A DNA stretch of 64,000 nucleotides from an uncultured bacterium (GTDB lineage: Bacteria; Acidobacteriota; HRBIN11; JAKEFK01): assembly GCA_963777505.1 (NCBI GenBank), contig CAVZQN010000004.1, positions 1,664,001-1,728,000 of the forward strand, read 5' to 3'. The notes under the pieces are model-generated. The model had not been told where the DNA came from, searched no databases, and saw nothing but the letters and a program-made list of their open reading frames with translations. Within the stretch, counting starts at the first letter, position 1, and each line of letters starts with the position of its first letter. Positions 59,216 through 64,000 of this stretch are shown here, one piece after another. The translations under genes were made by a program, and so were the position numbers.

Positions 59216-59478
59216 AAATGGAATCATTACATAAGCCGATAAGTTTTAAGCCGCCGGAAAAGAAAATATTTAAGTCTGGCGACGTTGCGCCAGTGAGCGG
59301 AAACTACAGATTTGAAAAACATGATTCTGTAGTTCAAAGCTGTGTTCCACGATTGGGCGTCTACGTTCATCTTTTGAAAGGGATGAAAGTCCCTCTGCAT
59401 GATGACTGCTTGCAATCTTCAACATGGTCCTTGATGACCGTGACTGAAGAAGATCCCGAAGCGATGTTGAAGCGATGA
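59212..59478 (+). CDS. Small protein, YjzC-like
   Basis: FKSGDVAPVSGNY...LLKGMKVP...W pattern. Start is TTG 59212 or ATG 59218. Confidence 0.55.
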   Translation: MKMESLHKPISFKPPEKKIFKSGDVAPVSGNYRFEKHDSVVQSCVPRLGVYVHLLKGMKVPLHDDCLQSSTWSLMTVTEEDPEAMLKR

Positions 59479-59495
59479 TCTTTGCGTCTTTGCGG

Positions 59496-60701
59496 TTAAT
59501 CTAAACGCCTTCGTATCACACGTGCTAAACGATTCACACCCTCTTTAATCCGATCAGGTGGTTCGGCAGAGAACGCAAGGCGGAGGTAGTTTTGCGCGGA
59601 ATTATCGCAAGTGAAGGGTCTGCCAATGATGTAGGATACTTTCTCCTTGGTGATTGCTTCTTCAAGAAAACTTTCGGAATCCAATGTTTCAGGAAGTTTT
59701 AACCATACAAAAAAACCTCCCGATGGATGTGTCCAGGTTAGTGATTCAGGCATATGTTCTGATAAAGATTTTTGGATTGTATCTCCGCGTTCTGCGTAAA
59801 ACTTTCGCAGTGTTTGCAGATGTTCTGTGAATTCCGGTGAATCACAGAATTGTTTTACAATGCGTTGGTCCAGCATTGAACTGCATAAATCTGCTGCTTC
59901 TTTTGCGAGTTCTACCTTGCGCAGCAATGGTTCGGGTGCAGTAATCCAACCCGTTCGAAAAGTTGGAGCCACAATTTTTGAAAAAGTGCCAAGATAAAAT
60001 GTAAGATCCGGAATCAAGGTTGCGATCGGAGGCGGGGGAGGGTTTTTCGGATCAAAATAGATTTCACCATAAGGATCATCTTCAATAATGTAAGCATTCC
60101 AGCGTTGTGCTATTTCGGCTACTTCCTTGCGGCGTTCTGCAGAAATACTCACTCCCGATGGATTCTGGAAATTACTGATCAGATAGATCAACCTGTTCTT
60201 ATCGGAAGGAGCTGATCGGAGCTGGCTTTCAAGATCTGCGGGAACGATGCCATATTCATCTTGAGCAACGGGAATCATTCTTCCGCCGCTTTTTTTGAAA
60301 ACCGCAAGAGCGCCAATATAGGTTGGGGTTTCAACAAAAATCAGGTCACCAGGATCGATCAAAACTTCGGTGATTAAATCCAGAGCCTGTTGTGATCCAG
60401 TCGTGCACATCAGGTTGTCAGGTGTGCATTCAATTTGAACCTTGCGAAGATAATTGCAAATCCATTCAACTAGCGGTCGATAACCGGAAGTCATTCCATA
60501 CTGCAAACTGCGTCCTTGATTATCGCGGATTTCGGAAGCTGCAATTTCGCCAAGCCGGTCCAATGGGAAGGTAGCAGGATCTGGCATTCCGCCAGCCAGT
60601 GAAATTAAGTCACGCCCGGCACCGGCAGCCAGTTTTGTCATAGCCCGAATGGCAGAAGGTTCCATTCGTCTGGCACGTTCGGAAAGATCAGGTTTATGCA
60701 T
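59496..60701 (-). CDS. PLP-dependent class I aminotransferase (LysN/Aro8-like)
   Basis: ISLAGGMPD, TTGSQQALD, FQNPSG, IEDDPYG, GTFSKIVAPTFRTGW. Start at 60701 or 60707. Confidence 0.9.
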   Translation of the reverse strand: MHKPDLSERARRMEPSAIRAMTKLAAGAGRDLISLAGGMPDPATFPLDRLGEIAASEIRDNQGRSLQYGMTSGYRPLVEWICNYLRKVQIECTPDNLMCTTGSQQALDLITEVLIDPGDLIFVETPTYIGALAVFKKSGGRMIPVAQDEYGIVPADLESQLRSAPSDKNRLIYLISNFQNPSGVSISAERRKEVAEIAQRWNAYIIEDDPYGEIYFDPKNPPPPPIATLIPDLTFYLGTFSKIVAPTFRTGWITAPEPLLRKVELAKEAADLCSSMLDQRIVKQFCDSPEFTEHLQTLRKFYAERGDTIQKSLSEHMPESLTWTHPSGGFFVWLKLPETLDSESFLEEAITKEKVSYIIGRPFTCDNSAQNYLRLAFSAEPPDRIKEGVNRLARVIRRRLD

Positions 60702-60716
60702 CTTCATATTATATTA

Positions 60717-60819
60717 GTAGTAAGGCACGCAGATCGACCGCATTTATGCGGTCGAGCAGTGCCGTGAAAACGGTCCTTTACGGCACTGCTTCGCTTCGCT
60801 CAGCTGCGTGCCTTACTAC
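60717..60819. repeat. Palindromic REPIN/MITE-like element, copy 2
   Basis: GTAGTAAGGCACGCAG...CTGCGTGCCTTACTAC 16-bp terminal inverted repeat with internal hairpins. Confidence 0.8.
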
Positions 60820-60830
60820 AAACACGGGGC

Positions 60831-60860
60831 TTGCAACCGTCCCCGTCAACTCACTATTAT
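60831..60860 (+). promoter_or_regulatory. Sigma70-type promoter, leaderless arrangement
   Basis: TTGCAA-N18-TATTAT, 7 nt before ATG 60868; no SD. Confidence 0.5.
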
Positions 60861-60867
60861 CGACACA

Positions 60868-63800
60868 ATGAAGTGGTTCTCTCCTGAATTAAAACGCTGT
60901 CTCATTGTAGTTCCTTTTGCTCTGCTTTATTTTTGGCTGCGAACTGAGCCAAAGGTCCATGCAAGTTCAGGAACTCTCTTTCTCTCAGGTCTACTTTTTT
61001 TCTCAGTCATTCCTCTTCTTCTTCACATCATTGAAGGTAAGACACGTTATGTTGTTGCAATTCTTTGGGGCGCAATTGCCGCTCTGATCCTGTTTGAATT
61101 TTTTCAGTTGATTGCTTTCCGACAATATTCTGAGGAGAACTTTCGGCGTGAAGTAGAACGGAACGCAAAGGTTGTCCAAGCACGAACGACGCGCTTTTTA
61201 GAACAAGCCAGAACTGAGTTAACGGCTATACAAAACGAGCTTCGTCAAACTTCTGGAATGAATCCTGGAAGAGTTCAGATTTTACTTCAAGACAAATTCG
61301 GTAAGAGTCCGTACTGGTGGGGAGTCTATCGCGAAGGCCGCCTGCTTTCATGGAGAGGGCAGCCGAAAATGTCCGAAGATTTTCCAGCTTACGGTGCGGA
61401 AGAAGTTTCAGTCTACAACGCTTTGCATCAGCAATTCGTAAAAGTAAAACGCGAAATGAGCGTTCAGGAAGATCTTTATTATGCGGCAGTAATGTGGCCA
61501 ATTGCTGCAGATTACGGTGTTGAAAACGATTATTTGCGTTCATATAACCGTCTCACTGATGGACTTTCTCTGCGCCCACGACTCTTATATACAAGTTCTG
61601 AATCTTCGACCGGCTCGCCGGATCTTAAAATTGTAGAACTTGATATCACCGATGAATTTTCAATTTCGGCTGTATATGACAGGCAACACTATGGACAAAT
61701 GTTACAAGCGCGATTTGAATATCTGCACTGGTGGATGGAGTGTCTTGCTCTTGTTTTCCTTGTATATACATCGATTATTTTGACATTCAGCTTTGTGGGA
61801 ATTTGCGGACAGGAAGGCTGTCCGGGCCTGGTTTCTTACTGGTTCTCCTTTCTGCTTTGTTCAGTTTTGTCCGTACTCACAATTGGAACCTTCAATCAAT
61901 TCGGCTCGGGAACAATTTTTACAACACGAGTTTTTCACGTAGGCGGCTACGGCAATATTTTCCATACGCCAGGTCATCTTATTTTTTCAGCCTTCTTTGC
62001 ATTGAATGCGGTTTTCTCGTTGATTCTTCTATTCCGCAGATTAGGACTTCATCTGAAAGGAAGCAATAAAACCTTCAGATTGGTTGCTCTGTTTGTTGCG
62101 TCGTTTTTGTCGGGGTATCTATTTTGGGGTTACTTTAAGCTTCAAAAAGCCTTTGTTGCCGCTGGTGCAAATCAACTTACGCCTTTAACCATGCAGCAAA
62201 GCGATGTTGCGCGAACCTCAACTGCATTTGGCCTTTTATGGACCGATATTGCTTTCACTGTGGCCATCGCTCTTTTATTTTCGTTTTTTATAAGAAAGCT
62301 TCCGCTCAAAAAGTACAAAGCTCTTGCGGTTACATTGATTCAGGCATCGGCTTTTATCGCATTTTTTCTTATTTATAAGCCTGCAGCAAGTTTACCTGTT
62401 GGACTTATTGCAATCCTTTTCTTTGGAATTTCGCTCTTTGTATATTTCATTCCCCGCCTTTGGAGCTGGTTTGAGCAGGTTAATTTACTTACGAGATTTA
62501 TCACAACAATTGTGTTGTGTTCAGTAATCAGTTTTGTATTTTATTTTGGACGATTTCACTATGCTCAAAATTTCCAACGTAAATACATCGAGCGAGTCGC
62601 AGCGCTGCAGGTTTACGAGATTCGGAGACACGTGCAGGAAGCGGTTCGCCTCTCGCTTCAGGACCTTGATCGGGCAGTTCAAACGATGTCGCTGGATACA
62701 AGGATTCCAGATCTTGCATACAGGTTATGGATTCGTACGGAAATGTCCCGGCAGGGGTTGCGTTCTGCTGTAAGCCTCTACGACTTAAATGGCGAACTTG
62801 AAAGCCGTTTTTCACTTGCACTCCCATCACTCAACATCAATGTTATTGGACGATCGCAAGGTGAAAGCTGGAATACGCAATCGAGCGATGTCCAGTTTGG
62901 AACAATTAAGAAACCGATCCTGATCAGTGTTCGAATGGTTGGAAACTCGCATTATCTCGTTGTCGAAGCATTGGCCAATCATGAGAATCTTGCCTTTATT
63001 CCTTCTGTAAGCCCATTCCATGAGCTTTTTCGGACTTCACCGAAATTTCGAGCAGTTTTAGAGCCGGAACTAAATGTCTATGATTCCTTTTGGCATCCTG
63101 TTTATCAAACCGATCAAAAAATTTCACCACGAATTGATCGCGCAAGAGAAACTCTTGAACAGGTTCAATCCGCATGGATTCGGGAGACTTCGGAAGGAGA
63201 TCAATATGACGTTTATTACTTCCGGATGCAAGGCGGCTTTTCTGCGCTTGCAGTTCCTGTGAGGAAAAACTTAACTCACCTTGTGCAATTGATTGATTTA
63301 ACCGTTCTGAACTTTTTCTGGCTACTCGCTTTCACTCTGACTTTTGTATTTTTCTTCAAGCCATACTTGATGCTTCATTTTCAGGCAGAAACACCCATAC
63401 GGTTCAGCTTCTTTCAAAAGATGCTGATTGGCTTCGCTTTGTTTTCTATTGTGCCAATGATTGTGCTGACAGCTCTTGTCAGGAATTATGTTTGGGAAAA
63501 GCGTACAGCAGAAGTGACAGCACGTGCGTTGAATTCGTTTTTAGTCGTTTCTGAAACTATTACTCAATACCTTTACGGCCCTGGCGCAACAGCATCTTCC
63601 AATGATACTCCCGTAGATAATTCGGTGGCTGAATTGTTGGGGCAAGTTGTAAAGCAGGATGTCAGCTTCTTTATGCGACGTGACCTGATGGCAACAAGCC
63701 GGGAAGAAATGTATTCCGCGGGATTACTTGCAGAACTAATCGATGGTCGAGCTGATGTGGAGCTGACTTTGCGCGGACAAAAACACAGCATCAGCGAAAG

Positions 63801-64000
63801 TCAGATCGGCGCTTTGAAATACTTAAATTTGAGCGGACGAATTTATCGCGGCAAGGTGAAAGAAGAATTAATCATTTCAATTCCATTCCAAATTGAAGAA
63901 CGCTCAGTTGAGAAAGAAATTGTTGCACTCAAAGAATATATGGCTCTCGCCGGTGCGGGCCTGGTTCTGCTTTCCGTGTTTCTAGGCTGGCTCTTTGCAA
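60868..64000 (+). CDS. Large multi-pass membrane protein, probably a sensor (histidine kinase-like); truncated at the window end
   Basis: Not in the ORF track because there is no stop in the window. Reads MKWFSPELKR...; about 1040 codons, open at the segments I translated; many TM blocks; FFQKMLIGFALFSIVPMIVL and terminal LLSVFLGWLFA resemble the TMs that precede a HAMP domain. No catalytic domain is visible. Confidence 0.7.
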   Translation, partial: MKWFSPELKRCLIVVPFALLYFWLRTEPKVHASSGTLFLSGLLFFSVIPLLLHIIEGKTRYVVAILWGAIAALILFEFFQLIAFRQYSEENFRREVERNAKVVQARTTRFLEQARTELTAIQNELRQTSGMNPGRVQILLQDKFGKSPYWWGVYREGRLLSWRGQPKMSEDFPAYGAEEVSVYNALHQQFVKVKREMSVQEDLYYAAVMWPIAADYGVENDYLRSYNRLTDGLSLRPRLLYTSSESSTGSPDLKIVELDITDEFSISAVYDRQHYGQMLQARFEYLHWWMECLALVFLVYTSIILTFSFVGICGQEGCPGLVSYWFSFLLCSVLSVLTIGTFNQFGSGTIFTTRVFHVGGYGNIFHTPGHLIFSAFFALNAVFSLILLFRRLGLHLKGSNKTFRLVALFVASFLSGYLFWGYFKLQKAFVAAGANQLTPLTMQQSDVARTSTAFGLLWTDIAFTVAIALLFSFFIRKLPLKKYKALAVTLIQASAFIAFFLIYKPAASLPVGLIAILFFGISLFVYFIPRLWSWFEQVNLLTRFITTIVLCSVISFVFYFGRFHYAQNFQRKYIERVAALQVYEIRRHVQEAVRLSLQDLDRAVQTMSLDTRIPDLAYRLWIRTEMSRQGLRSAVSLYDLNGELESRFSLALPSLNINVIGRSQGESWNTQSSDVQFGTIKKPILISVRMVGNSHYLVVEALANHENLAFIPSVSPFHELFRTSPKFRAVLEPELNVYDSFWHPVYQTDQKISPRIDRARETLEQVQSAWIRETSEGDQYDVYYFRMQGGFSALAVPVRKNLTHLVQLIDLTVLNFFWLLAFTLTFVFFFKPYLMLHFQAETPIRFSFFQKMLIGFALFSIVPMIVLTALVRNYVWEKRTAEVTARALNSFLVVSETITQYLYGPGATASSNDTPVDNSVAELLGQVVKQDVSFFMRRDLMATSREEMYSAGLLAELIDGRADVELTLRGQKHSISESQIGALKYLNLSGRIYRGKVKEELIISIPFQIEERSVEKEIVALKEYMALAGAGLVLLSVFLGWLFA

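Noticed and set aside
16-63791. Numerous short antisense and alternate-frame ORFs in the track
   Set aside because: They are shadows of well-supported genes and have no recognisable motifs.

Overview
Bacterial chromosomal window, gene-dense and of moderate GC. The gene content (alternative complex III, a b6-type Rieske/cytochrome b complex, elb genes, FHA-GAF signalling) suggests an Acidobacteriota-like organism, but this is inference. I found no rRNA, tRNA, CRISPR array, transposase or prophage. Main contents: (1) the start of an alternative complex III operon (actA, partial actB); (2) an OpuC-type ABC transporter followed by a choline-monooxygenase-like Rieske oxygenase; (3) an M20 amidohydrolase, a semialdehyde dehydrogenase and an aconitase-family gene fused in LeuD-then-LeuC order; (4) a Myxococcus-type ether-lipid locus split into elbB-elbC (29.4-31.7 kb) and elbD-elbE (13.9-19.3 kb); (5) a b6-type Rieske/cytochrome b operon with an 8-heme cytochrome c and a HEAT protein; (6) pspA, an FHA-GAF adenylate cyclase, an HD-GYP protein, TPR and roadblock genes running into ftsY-ribD-ribE-ribBA-(cNMP-binding protein)-ffh; (7) a methyltransferase / PqqB-like / QT-repeat beta-propeller operon; (8) a large truncated membrane sensor. 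Non-coding signals: several REP-like palindrome families, dispersed 9-mer and 7-mer repeat hairpins, and many genes with a -10 box 6-9 nt before the ATG (apparently leaderless). Three genes carry single-base frameshifts, most likely assembly errors.
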